Source of the DNA: Pseudomonadota bacterium
GTDB lineage: Bacteria; Pseudomonadota; Gammaproteobacteria; HTCC5015
Direction of reading: 5' to 3'
Assembly (NCBI GenBank): GCA_051747425.1
Contig: JBNJGD010000009.1
Coordinates: 27,778 to 51,777 of the forward strand
Length of the DNA stretch: 24,000 bases
A program made the translations under genes and the position numbers. The stretch's first letter is position 1. Every line of letters begins with the position of its first letter. The notes under the pieces are model-generated. The model saw nothing but the letters and a program-made list of their open reading frames with translations, was not told the DNA's origin and made no database searches. Shown here in pieces: positions 7,915-15,825 of the stretch.

Positions 7915-8511
7915 TCAGGAAAACCAGTGATTTTCCAGACATTCGCGCAGACGAAGGCGCGCACGATAGAGGGTGACATAAAGGTTGCTCTTGCCAATGT
8001 TCAACTCCGTGCACATTTCTTCCGTACTCAGACCGACAAACTCTCTCATCATAAAGAGCCGCCCCTGCTCTGCCGGCAAATGTTGTAAGCAAGCCTCGAA
8101 AACGGCCATGAATTGATCATCTGAAGTGATGTCCTCTGGAGACCCCCAGTGTTTGGGCCGCTCTCCCTTGTGCCAGAACCCTTTGGCATCAAACAACTGC
8201 TCTTCAAGGCCGGAATCGCTTTCCGTATTGTCGAAGTGAACTTCCTTGCGCCTCTCAATCTGCCTGAAGTGGTCCGCGATCTTGTGCTTCAGAATACCAA
8301 TCACCCAGGTCGAATAGGCCGATTGGCGGGAGAACGAGTGACTGCTTTTCAAGGCACCCAACAACGCTTCCTGAACCATATCTTCTGCCAGCGTCGCATT
8401 GGAGAGTTGCTGCCGGGCGAACCGAAGCATCTTGCTCTGAAGCTCCTCCAAATAGGCCGAGTCGTTCAGCCAGTCGGAACCAGTTTGAGCGAGTGGTTCT
8501 GTGCCGTTCAT
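7915..8511 (-). CDS. ECF-type RNA polymerase sigma factor
   Basis: LAEDMVQEALLGAL, FSRQSAYSTWVIGILKHKIADHFRQ, and region 4 LPAEQGRLFMMREFVGLSTEEMCTELNIGKSNLYVTLYRARLRLRECLE. Start placed at ATG 8511, not 8682. Confidence 0.92.
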   Translation of the reverse strand: MNGTEPLAQTGSDWLNDSAYLEELQSKMLRFARQQLSNATLAEDMVQEALLGALKSSHSFSRQSAYSTWVIGILKHKIADHFRQIERRKEVHFDNTESDSGLEEQLFDAKGFWHKGERPKHWGSPEDITSDDQFMAVFEACLQHLPAEQGRLFMMREFVGLSTEEMCTELNIGKSNLYVTLYRARLRLRECLENHWFS

Positions 8512-8578
8512 TCGGAGTGCCCTCAAACACGCTTGTCGTGCGCACACTCTATCATGGGAAGGCGACGCCGCCTGCTGC

Positions 8579-9631
8579 CTAACAGCAAGCGCCATCACGA
8601 CTTTCACTGCCACTCGCGGCGGAGCTGAACGGCACCGACTCGCCACAGCCCTCAAACAGGCCGTAGTGCCGGGTGAAGTCACCTATAAACTCGAAGTGCC
8701 CGGCAAAGCGACTCTCCTCAAGCATGCGGAAAGTATTGCCGCACACCGGGAACACCTTGCCGGTTTCAATGGCGTGATGGGCATCCAGATCGAATCGATG
8801 GGCGTGGCCCGGCACGCTGCCACGGTAGATCACGGCCTGGCCGTGGTCCTCGCAGGCGTCCTCCAGCTCATTGATGTTGAACAGTCGGTAAGTGGCCGAG
8901 TAAAAACGGATATTGCCGATGCGCTCGGCCAGCGCCGGGTCGGTCACGGCGAGCGGGCGGTCCTCGACCAGGCGCGGATCGTTAAAGCCCGCTGTACGGG
9001 ACAAGCGGATAAAATCTTTCCAGTAGAGGGCGCCCCCCAGGCACTCGCCGTAGAGCACCGGGTCGTTGGCCACCGACGCCGGGATGCGGCGGTCGGCATA
9101 AACATCGGAAAAGTAGAACTCGCCGCCGGGCTTGAGCAATTTTTTAACGCCGGCCAGCACAGCGGGCTTGTCGGGGGACAGATTGATGACGCAGTTGGAC
9201 ACCACCACATCAAAGGCGCCCTCCTCCAGGTCCAGCTCGTCGAGCTTTTCGATGTAACCCTTGAGGAAGCGCACATTGTCGTAACCAAACTGATCGGCGT
9301 GATAGATGCGGTGATCCTCGGCCACGGCCAGTTGCTCGTCGGTCATATCCACGCCGACCACTTCGCCCTTTGGTCCCACCAACTGAGCCAGCGCGTAGAC
9401 ATCCCGGCCGCTGCCGCAGCCCAGATCCAGCACTCTGCAGCCCTCCAGCAACTCGGGGCAGACCAGACCACAGCCGTAGTAGCGGGAGAGTACCTCGCCG
9501 TGGATGTTGGCCAGCAGCGGCTTGAGCCACTCGGGCACCTCGCTGGCGTCGCAGCAGGCATCGGTTTTCAGGTCATCGGTACTCTGCAGCGTTTTGCCGT
9601 AGTAGTCCTGAACAATATCGTGTGTCGACAT
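8579..9631 (-). CDS. arsM: Arsenite methyltransferase-like SAM-dependent methyltransferase (ArsM-type)
   Basis: VLDLGCGSGRDVYALAQLVG, GVDMTDEQL, VVVSNCVINLSPDKPAVL, FYFSDVYADRRIP, YGECLGGALYWKDF, C-terminal ACC; adjacent to an arsS-like gene. ATG 9631. Confidence 0.85.
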   Translation of the reverse strand: MSTHDIVQDYYGKTLQSTDDLKTDACCDASEVPEWLKPLLANIHGEVLSRYYGCGLVCPELLEGCRVLDLGCGSGRDVYALAQLVGPKGEVVGVDMTDEQLAVAEDHRIYHADQFGYDNVRFLKGYIEKLDELDLEEGAFDVVVSNCVINLSPDKPAVLAGVKKLLKPGGEFYFSDVYADRRIPASVANDPVLYGECLGGALYWKDFIRLSRTAGFNDPRLVEDRPLAVTDPALAERIGNIRFYSATYRLFNINELEDACEDHGQAVIYRGSVPGHAHRFDLDAHHAIETGKVFPVCGNTFRMLEESRFAGHFEFIGDFTRHYGLFEGCGESVPFSSAASGSESRDGACC

Positions 9632-9656
9632 TACATCTCCTCGGTCACTATCGGTC

Positions 9657-11807
9657 TTATCCGCGGCGCCACTGGTGGTAGCGCGCCAGCCAACGCAGCA
9701 CACCCTCCGGCTTGTGGGCCTGTTTCCACTGGCCGGCGGCAAACTTGTTGGCCTCGGCCAGTGTCGGGTAGGTGTGGATGGTCGAGAGAATCTTGTTCAG
9801 GCCCAGCCCCCAGCGCATGGCAAACACAAACTCGGCCAGTAGCTCGCCGGCGTGGAGGCCCACGATGGTGACACCCAGGATCCGGTCCTTGCCCGGCGGC
9901 GTCAGCACTTTGACGAAGCCCTTGATCTCGCTCTCGGCGATGGCCCGGTCGAGGTCGTCCAGGTCGTAGCGTGTGACTTCGAACGCCACGCCCTGCTCCG
10001 TCGCCTCCTGCTCGTTCAGTCCCACCCGGGCCACCTCGGGGTCGACAAAGGTGGTCCAGGGAATCACGCGGTAGTCCGCCTTGAACTTTTTGAACTGGCC
10101 AAACAAACCGTTCACCGCCGCGTACCAGGCCTGGTGGGCGGCGGTGTGGGTAAATTGATAGGGGCCGGCCACATCGCCCACGGCAAAGATATTGGGGTAC
10201 AGCGTTTCCAGATACTCGTTGGTGACCACGGTGCGATCGGTTTCGATGCCCAGGGTCTCCAGACCGTAACCGGTCAGACGCGGAGCGCGACCCACGGCAC
10301 AGAGCAACTCGTCAAAGGCAATCGCCTCCTCGCGCCCGTCAACCTCCACGATCAGGCGCTTCTCGTCGCCCTCGATCTCGCAGCGCAGGGCCTTGTGGCC
10401 GGTGAGGACGCGCACGCCCTCCTCGCTCAACTCGTGTTTAACCAGCTCGGACACCTCGGCGTCCTCTCGCGCCATCAAGCGCTCACCCATTTCCACCTGA
10501 GTCACTTCGCTGCCGAGTCGGGCAAGGGCCTGGGACAACTCGCAGCCGATGGGGCCGCCGCCGAGCACCAGCAAGCGACGCGGCGGCGACTCCAGGGAGG
10601 CGAAGCGATCCCACAGGGTATCGGAAGTCACATAGCCGACTTCTTCCAGTCCCGGCAACGGCGGCACAAAGGGGCTGGCGCCGGCGGCGATGACGATACT
10701 GCGGGTAGTCAGGCGCTGCGTTTCACCGTTGTCCTTGGCAATCTCAACCGTCCAGGGATCCACAATGGTGGCATAGCCCTGTTGCACATCGACGCCCAGA
10801 CTCTCGTAGCGCTCCACGCTGTCGTGGGGCTCGATATCGCGGATGATCGACTGGATTCGGCCCATGATGGCTTTGAAGGACACAGCGGGCTCGGCGGCCT
10901 CCAGACCGTAGCGCTCGGCGTGGCGCATTTGGTGGGCCAACTTGGCGCTCTTGATCAAGGCCTTGCTGGGGACACAGCCGTAGTTGAGGCAGTCGCCGCC
11001 CATTTTGTGGGCCTCCACCAGGGTGACCTCGGCCTTTACCGCCGCGGCAATATAGGCGCTGACCAGACCGCCGGCACCGGCGCCGATCACCACCATATTG
11101 CGATCAAAGCGTTTGGGCTTTTGCCAACCGCGATAGACCTTGCGGCGGCGGAAGAAAGCGACGATGGCCCTGGCAATCCAGGGAAAGAAGCCCAACAAAA
11201 CAAAGGAGAGGATCAGTTCGGGGGACAAAATACCCGAAGCGCTCTCCAGCTGTCCCAGCTGTGTGCCGGCATTCACATAGACCACCGTACCGGCCAGCAT
11301 GCCCACCTGGCTCACCGCGTAAAAGGTCACGGCGCGCATGGGCGTCAGCCCCATCACCAGGTTAATGACGAAAAACGGAAAGGCGGGAATCAGCCGCAGG
11401 GTAAAGAGATAAAAGGCGCCGTCGCGCTTGATGCCCCGGTTAATGGCTTTGAGGCGGTCGCCAAAGCGTTGCTGCACCGTGTCGCCAAAGACATAGCGGG
11501 CCGAGAGAAAGGCCAGTGTGGCGCCGATGGAGGAGGCAAAGGACACCAGCACCGTGCCCCACAACAGGCCAAACAGGGCACCGGCGGCCAGCGTCATGAT
11601 GGCCGCACCGGGCAGTGAAGCCGCCGTCACCAAGACATAGGCGATAAAGAAACCGCCTATAACCAGCCAGGGGGATTCCTGGCGCCAGAGCGCGACTTCG
11701 TCCAGGCCCGATTTAAGCCCGGCAAAGGTCAAATGCTGGTGGCCGCCCAAGGCAAAGAACACCACAGCAACGGTGGCGATCAGGGCAATAATGATCAGTT
11801 TTTTCAC
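9657..11807 (-). CDS. Fusion of a TVP38/TMEM64-family membrane domain to a FAD/NAD(P)-binding pyridine nucleotide-disulfide oxidoreductase
   Basis: N-terminus SLPGAAIMTLAAGALFG...FLSARYVFG...LFTLRLIPAFPFFVINLVMGLT; C-terminus MVVIGAGAGGLVSAYIAA, GGDCLNYGCVPSKALIK, LVLGGGPIGCELSQALARLG, IFAVGDVAG, HTYPTLAEANKFAAG. GTG start 11807 with AGGA RBS; the track start 11915 overlaps arsS. Confidence 0.9.
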   Translation of the reverse strand: MKKLIIIALIATVAVVFFALGGHQHLTFAGLKSGLDEVALWRQESPWLVIGGFFIAYVLVTAASLPGAAIMTLAAGALFGLLWGTVLVSFASSIGATLAFLSARYVFGDTVQQRFGDRLKAINRGIKRDGAFYLFTLRLIPAFPFFVINLVMGLTPMRAVTFYAVSQVGMLAGTVVYVNAGTQLGQLESASGILSPELILSFVLLGFFPWIARAIVAFFRRRKVYRGWQKPKRFDRNMVVIGAGAGGLVSAYIAAAVKAEVTLVEAHKMGGDCLNYGCVPSKALIKSAKLAHQMRHAERYGLEAAEPAVSFKAIMGRIQSIIRDIEPHDSVERYESLGVDVQQGYATIVDPWTVEIAKDNGETQRLTTRSIVIAAGASPFVPPLPGLEEVGYVTSDTLWDRFASLESPPRRLLVLGGGPIGCELSQALARLGSEVTQVEMGERLMAREDAEVSELVKHELSEEGVRVLTGHKALRCEIEGDEKRLIVEVDGREEAIAFDELLCAVGRAPRLTGYGLETLGIETDRTVVTNEYLETLYPNIFAVGDVAGPYQFTHTAAHQAWYAAVNGLFGQFKKFKADYRVIPWTTFVDPEVARVGLNEQEATEQGVAFEVTRYDLDDLDRAIAESEIKGFVKVLTPPGKDRILGVTIVGLHAGELLAEFVFAMRWGLGLNKILSTIHTYPTLAEANKFAAGQWKQAHKPEGVLRWLARYHQWRRG

Positions 11808-11838
11808 AAGTTCATCCTGTCTTGGCAATGGTTTTGGT

Positions 11839-12813
11839 TCAGTGGCTTTCCAGGGCACCGCCGCAACTGGAGCCACTGCCGGCAGTGCAACCGTAGCAGT
11901 GATCGGCGACGACAATGGGCTGGCCCACGGCGTCGGAAGTCAGCAAGTCACGCAAGTGGGGGCGACCTTCGGAAAAACCCTGCGAAGGCATGGGCAGCTC
12001 CAGCATCTGGTTGAAATCGCAATCGTAGAGATAGCCCTGCCAGTCGACGCTGACCTGGCTGCGACACATCACATGGGGCAGGTTCGCCGCCGAGTGGTTG
12101 CTCTTGAGCAAATCCATGTAGGCGTCAAATTGATGAGTGGCCCGCAACATCGAACCAAAGCGCTTGATGGGCATATTGGTGATGGTGAAGAGCTGGTTGA
12201 ACTCGATGCCGAAGTGCTCGCGCAACTCGCGCTTGTAATCGGCCTCCAGAGCGCCCTGCTCCGGCGGCAGCGAAGCGCCTTGGGGGTTGTACACCAGATT
12301 CAGCACCAGATCGCTGCCGGGTTGGCCGTAACCCAGGGCATTGAGGCGCTTGAGAGCCTCGATACTGCCCTCGAAGACGCCGTCGCCGCGCTGGGCATCG
12401 ACATTGTCCAGGGAGTAGCACGGCAGCGAGGCCACCACTTCCACTTTGTGGTCGGCGAGAAACTGCGCCGTGTCCTCCTGACCCGGCTCGAGCAGTATGG
12501 TCAGGTTGCAGCGATCAATCACATGCACACCGCGCTCGGTGGCGGCCCGCACCAGGCCCTTGAAGCCCTCGTGAATTTCCGGCGCACCGCCGGTGAGATC
12601 CAGTGTTTTAAAGGGACGCTTCTCCAGCACCTCGACAATCAGGTCGAGATTGTCGTCGGTCATCATTTCCGTGCGGCTGGGACTGGAGCCCACATGGCAA
12701 TGACTGCAACTGAGATTGCAGCGGTAGCCAATATTGACTTGCAAGGTGTCCAGTGACTCCCGGCGCAAGGACGGGAAATCGGTATTTTCCAAAAGGGGCA
12801 GTACGGATTTCAT
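11839..12813 (-). CDS. arsS: Arsenosugar biosynthesis-type radical SAM protein (ArsS-like, Cys-rich C-terminus)
   Basis: CNLSCSHCHVGSSP, TLDLTGGAPEIHEGFKGLV, VVASLPCYSLDNVDAQRG, LVYNPQGASLPPEQ, CYGCTAGSGSSCGG. Confidence 0.9.
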   Translation of the reverse strand: MKSVLPLLENTDFPSLRRESLDTLQVNIGYRCNLSCSHCHVGSSPSRTEMMTDDNLDLIVEVLEKRPFKTLDLTGGAPEIHEGFKGLVRAATERGVHVIDRCNLTILLEPGQEDTAQFLADHKVEVVASLPCYSLDNVDAQRGDGVFEGSIEALKRLNALGYGQPGSDLVLNLVYNPQGASLPPEQGALEADYKRELREHFGIEFNQLFTITNMPIKRFGSMLRATHQFDAYMDLLKSNHSAANLPHVMCRSQVSVDWQGYLYDCDFNQMLELPMPSQGFSEGRPHLRDLLTSDAVGQPIVVADHCYGCTAGSGSSCGGALESH

Positions 12814-12859
12814 AATGATGAATGTATCTTCTCTTCTTTGTTGACGATGTTGTCTATTG

Positions 12860-12886
12860 AGTCGCTGTGCTGCGAAAACTCTTACA
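12860..12886 (-). promoter_or_regulatory. Putative ECF-type promoter, TGTAAGA-N16-GACT, upstream of arsS
   Basis: Plus strand AGTC (12860-12863), 16 nt, TCTTACA (12880-12886). The arsS ATG is 47 nt downstream. Confidence 0.65.
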
Positions 12887-12895
12887 GTATTTTTC

Positions 12896-13741
12896 TCACG
12901 GGCGCCTGAATCGCAGGGTCATTCGGTCGCTTTCACCGATTTCACGGTACTTCTCAATGCAACCGCTGCGCTGTGAATCCTCCAGTGACCGGCAACCGCG
13001 CAGTGAAGGTGGCAGTGACCAGACTCCGGCATCATGGTCCCGGCTGTCTTTGGGGTTGTGGTTGAGTGGGCTCGATGCTTCCAGTTCAAAACCGGCGGAT
13101 TCCACCTTTTCGACCAGCCAGGCTTCGCGCACATAACCCGTGCGCTCTTCCCCTTCCGGAGTGGCGTCGGGCTGTGCCCGGTGTTGCACAATGGCCAGAA
13201 CACCGCCCGGTTTTAGCGCTTCCATGCTGGCAGCGAGCACCTGATCGACAATTCCGCCGCGGATAAAATTGTGGAAATGTCGGGATAAAATCACCATGTC
13301 CAGCGATTCGGGTTCGCCAAATGTGGTGTGCCGGGGAGGCTGGAACGGCACCACTTTCACATCGCCATAGACCGCCGGGCTGGATTCAATCATGTCGACA
13401 AAATCCCGCGCCATGGCGGCGCGCCAGTCCGGCCTGGCGTCCAGGGGAAAGTTGGCGACCACCAACTGGCCTTTGTCCCGCAAAGCCGGCCCCAAGATCT
13501 CGGAGTACCAGCCGCCACCGGGCCAGACCTCCAAAACAGTCATGTCCGGTTCCAGACCCCAGAATTCAAGGGTCTCAACCGGCCTTCTATGGACATCACG
13601 AGCGCGATTCTCGGCACTTCGATGATCGCCATTTACCGCCTTGAGGATGTGATCCTGCTCGGCCCGCTCCGGCAGCGACTGACAGGCCGTCAGCCCCAGC
13701 ACCAGCACCGAAAAAAACAGTTTAAAGGGAATCGCTTGCAT
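12896..13741 (-). CDS. Predicted SAM-dependent methyltransferase with lipoprotein signal peptide
   Basis: MQAIPFKLFFSVLVLGLTACQS (lipobox LTAC), then VETLEFWGLEPDMTVLEVWPGGGWYSEILGPAL and LKPGGVLAIVQHRA. ATG 13741 chosen over 13867. Confidence 0.85.
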   Translation of the reverse strand: MQAIPFKLFFSVLVLGLTACQSLPERAEQDHILKAVNGDHRSAENRARDVHRRPVETLEFWGLEPDMTVLEVWPGGGWYSEILGPALRDKGQLVVANFPLDARPDWRAAMARDFVDMIESSPAVYGDVKVVPFQPPRHTTFGEPESLDMVILSRHFHNFIRGGIVDQVLAASMEALKPGGVLAIVQHRAQPDATPEGEERTGYVREAWLVEKVESAGFELEASSPLNHNPKDSRDHDAGVWSLPPSLRGCRSLEDSQRSGCIEKYREIGESDRMTLRFRRP

Positions 13742-13789
13742 CCTTGTTCTCCAAAATTCGAGTGATATCAACCGGAAACGCCCCCACTC

Positions 13790-13816
13790 AGTCGGCCCAA
13801 CCAGACATTTCTTACA
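13790..13816 (-). promoter_or_regulatory. Putative ECF-type promoter, TGTAAGA-N16-GACT, upstream of the lipoprotein methyltransferase
   Basis: Plus strand AGTC (13790-13793), 16 nt, TCTTACA (13810-13816). ATG is 49 nt downstream. Shares the longer ATGTGTAAGAAA core with the doxX site. Confidence 0.65.
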
Positions 13817-13978
13817 CATTGTGCAAGAGAAGCCCTTTTTTTCGACTGAAGCAGTGTATTCAATCAATCGATGAAAAGCTTATGACGCACGCCACCTCCA
13901 CAAGCTGAACCTTACCGCGTTTGTGAAAAAAATTTGTGATATTAGCCAATATATCCTCTCTATTTCCGTCGCATGGCG

Positions 13979-13984
13979 TATAAT
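13979..13984 (+). promoter_or_regulatory. Putative -10 element (TATAAT) for deaD-like gene, implying a roughly 65-70 nt 5' leader
   Basis: GGCGTATAATGCGC in the divergent intergenic region. No convincing -35 element. Confidence 0.4.
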
Positions 13985-14058
13985 GCGCACTCTTGTTTGG
14001 CAACGCTGGTTTTGGAAGTCTTTTGGCTGGCCGGTAACTGCCCCCTTAGGTTCTCTCC

Positions 14059-15825
14059 ATGACATCCCCCGATACCCTCCGTTTTTCCGAGCTGGCGCTC
14101 GCCGCGCCCGTATTGCAAACCCTTGAAAAGATAGGCTACGAAGTGCCCTCGCCGATTCAGGCCCAGAGCATTCCGCCGATTCTCGCCGGCCGCGACCTTA
14201 TGGGCGTGGCCCAGACCGGTACCGGCAAGACCGCCGCCTTTGCCCTGCCCCTGTTGTCGAACATCGACTGCGACCTGAAACAACCCCAGGTGCTGGTTCT
14301 GGCTCCCACGCGGGAGCTGGCCATCCAGGTGGCCGAGGCTTTCAAAACCTACGCCGGCCAACTCAAGGGCTTCCATGTGCTGCCCATCTACGGCGGCGCC
14401 GACATGGGCGGCCAGCTCAAGGCCCTGCGACGCGGCCCCCAGGTCGTGGTCGGCACTCCCGGGCGGGTCATGGACCACCTGCGGCGCAAAACCCTGGTCC
14501 TCGACCAGCTCAAGGCCGTGGTGCTCGATGAAGCCGACGAAATGCTGCGCATGGGCTTTATCGAGGATGTGAACTGGATCCTCGAGCACACCCCCCAACA
14601 GCGCCAGATCGCCCTCTTCTCGGCGACCATGCCGGCGCCGATCAAGAAACTCTCCAAGCAGTACTTGCGCGATCCGGTGTCGGTCAAAATTGAGGCCACC
14701 CAGAGTTCCATGGCCCAGATCGAACAGAGCTACTGGCTGGTCAAGGGCGCCAACAAACTGGAGGCCCTGACCCGCATCCTCGAGGTAGAGCCCTTTGATG
14801 GCATCATCATGTTCGCCCGGACGAAGAACATGACCGTGGAACTGGCCGACAAGCTGGACGCCCGAGGCTACCGCACGGCGGCGATCAACGGCGATATCAC
14901 GCAAAAACTGCGCGAGCGCACCATCGACCAGCTCAAGAAAAACAAGATCGACATCCTGGTAGCCACCGATGTGGCCGCCCGGGGTATCGATGTGGCCCGC
15001 ATCAGCCATGTGATCAACTTTGACATTCCCTACGACCCCGAGGCCTATGTCCACCGCATTGGCCGCACAGGTCGTGCAGGTCGCAGCGGCAAGGCGATTC
15101 TCTTTGTCGCTCCCCGCGAACGCCACCTGTTGAGAGCCATTGAAAAGGCTACCGGCCAGAGCGTCGCGCCCATGGACCTGCCCAGCCGCGAGGTCGTCCA
15201 GCGCCAGCGCGAGGATCGCTTTATCCAGCGCACTCTGGAAGTCGGTCAGTCACAGGATCTGGACTTCTACCACCGTCTGGTGCAAAGAGCCCTGTCCGAC
15301 GGCGAGGTGGACATTGAAACCCTGGCCGCCAGCCTGGCCTACATGGCTCAGGAAACACAGCCGCTGGTGCCGGAAACCCCGCAGTTTGAGCCCAGTCAGC
15401 GCAGCTCTGGCGCCTCCGAGCGCAGTGACAAGCGCCCGGGCAAATCACAGCGTCAAAAACAGGACGATGTGCCCATGGAGAGCTTTCGCATCGCCGTGGG
15501 CCGTAAACACGATGTCAAACCCGGCGACATCGTCGGCGCCATCGCCAACGAAGCCGGCGTCGAGAGCCGCTACATTGGCCGCATCGAACTGGGCGACTTG
15601 TGGAGCACCATCGGCCTGCCCGAGGGCATGCCCGGGGAAGTATTCGCCAAACTCAAAACCTTGCGCGTCCGTGGCCAGCCGCTGAACATTGAGCGCAGTG
15701 CCGGCCCGCAGTCGGGCAAGCGACCGCCCTCGCCTCCGGCCAAAAAAGGCAAGAAGCGCCCGGCACTGGAGCGCAAGAAACTCGAACAGAAAAAGAAAAA
15801 GGCCAAGGGCGGCAAAAACGCCTAG
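14059..15825 (+). CDS. deaD: DEAD-box ATP-dependent RNA helicase (DeaD/CsdA-like) with C-terminal RNA-binding domain and basic tail
   Basis: AQTGTGKTAAFALPLL, DEADEMLRMGF, SATMP, HRIGRTGRAGRSGKA; C-terminal FRIAVGRKHDVKPGDIVGAIANEAGVESRYIGRIEL; Lys-rich tail. Confidence 0.95.
   Translation: MTSPDTLRFSELALAAPVLQTLEKIGYEVPSPIQAQSIPPILAGRDLMGVAQTGTGKTAAFALPLLSNIDCDLKQPQVLVLAPTRELAIQVAEAFKTYAGQLKGFHVLPIYGGADMGGQLKALRRGPQVVVGTPGRVMDHLRRKTLVLDQLKAVVLDEADEMLRMGFIEDVNWILEHTPQQRQIALFSATMPAPIKKLSKQYLRDPVSVKIEATQSSMAQIEQSYWLVKGANKLEALTRILEVEPFDGIIMFARTKNMTVELADKLDARGYRTAAINGDITQKLRERTIDQLKKNKIDILVATDVAARGIDVARISHVINFDIPYDPEAYVHRIGRTGRAGRSGKAILFVAPRERHLLRAIEKATGQSVAPMDLPSREVVQRQREDRFIQRTLEVGQSQDLDFYHRLVQRALSDGEVDIETLAASLAYMAQETQPLVPETPQFEPSQRSSGASERSDKRPGKSQRQKQDDVPMESFRIAVGRKHDVKPGDIVGAIANEAGVESRYIGRIELGDLWSTIGLPEGMPGEVFAKLKTLRVRGQPLNIERSAGPQSGKRPPSPPAKKGKKRPALERKKLEQKKKKAKGGKNA

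Noticed and set aside
9852-11618. 588-aa plus-strand ORF opposite the TVP38-flavoprotein fusion
   Set aside because: Antisense shadow of a confidently assigned gene; same reasoning applies to 11773..12756(+), 13960..15126(-) and 19907..20872(+).
11839-12813. Possible selenoprotein form of the ArsS-like protein
   Set aside because: Some relatives in this family are selenoproteins, but here the corresponding positions are Cys codons and there is no in-frame TGA within the ORF.
13924-14126. Short ORF encoded in the deaD leader (MKKICDISQYILS...)
   Set aside because: It runs across the putative TATAAT promoter and into deaD in a different frame, so it is unlikely to be translated as drawn.
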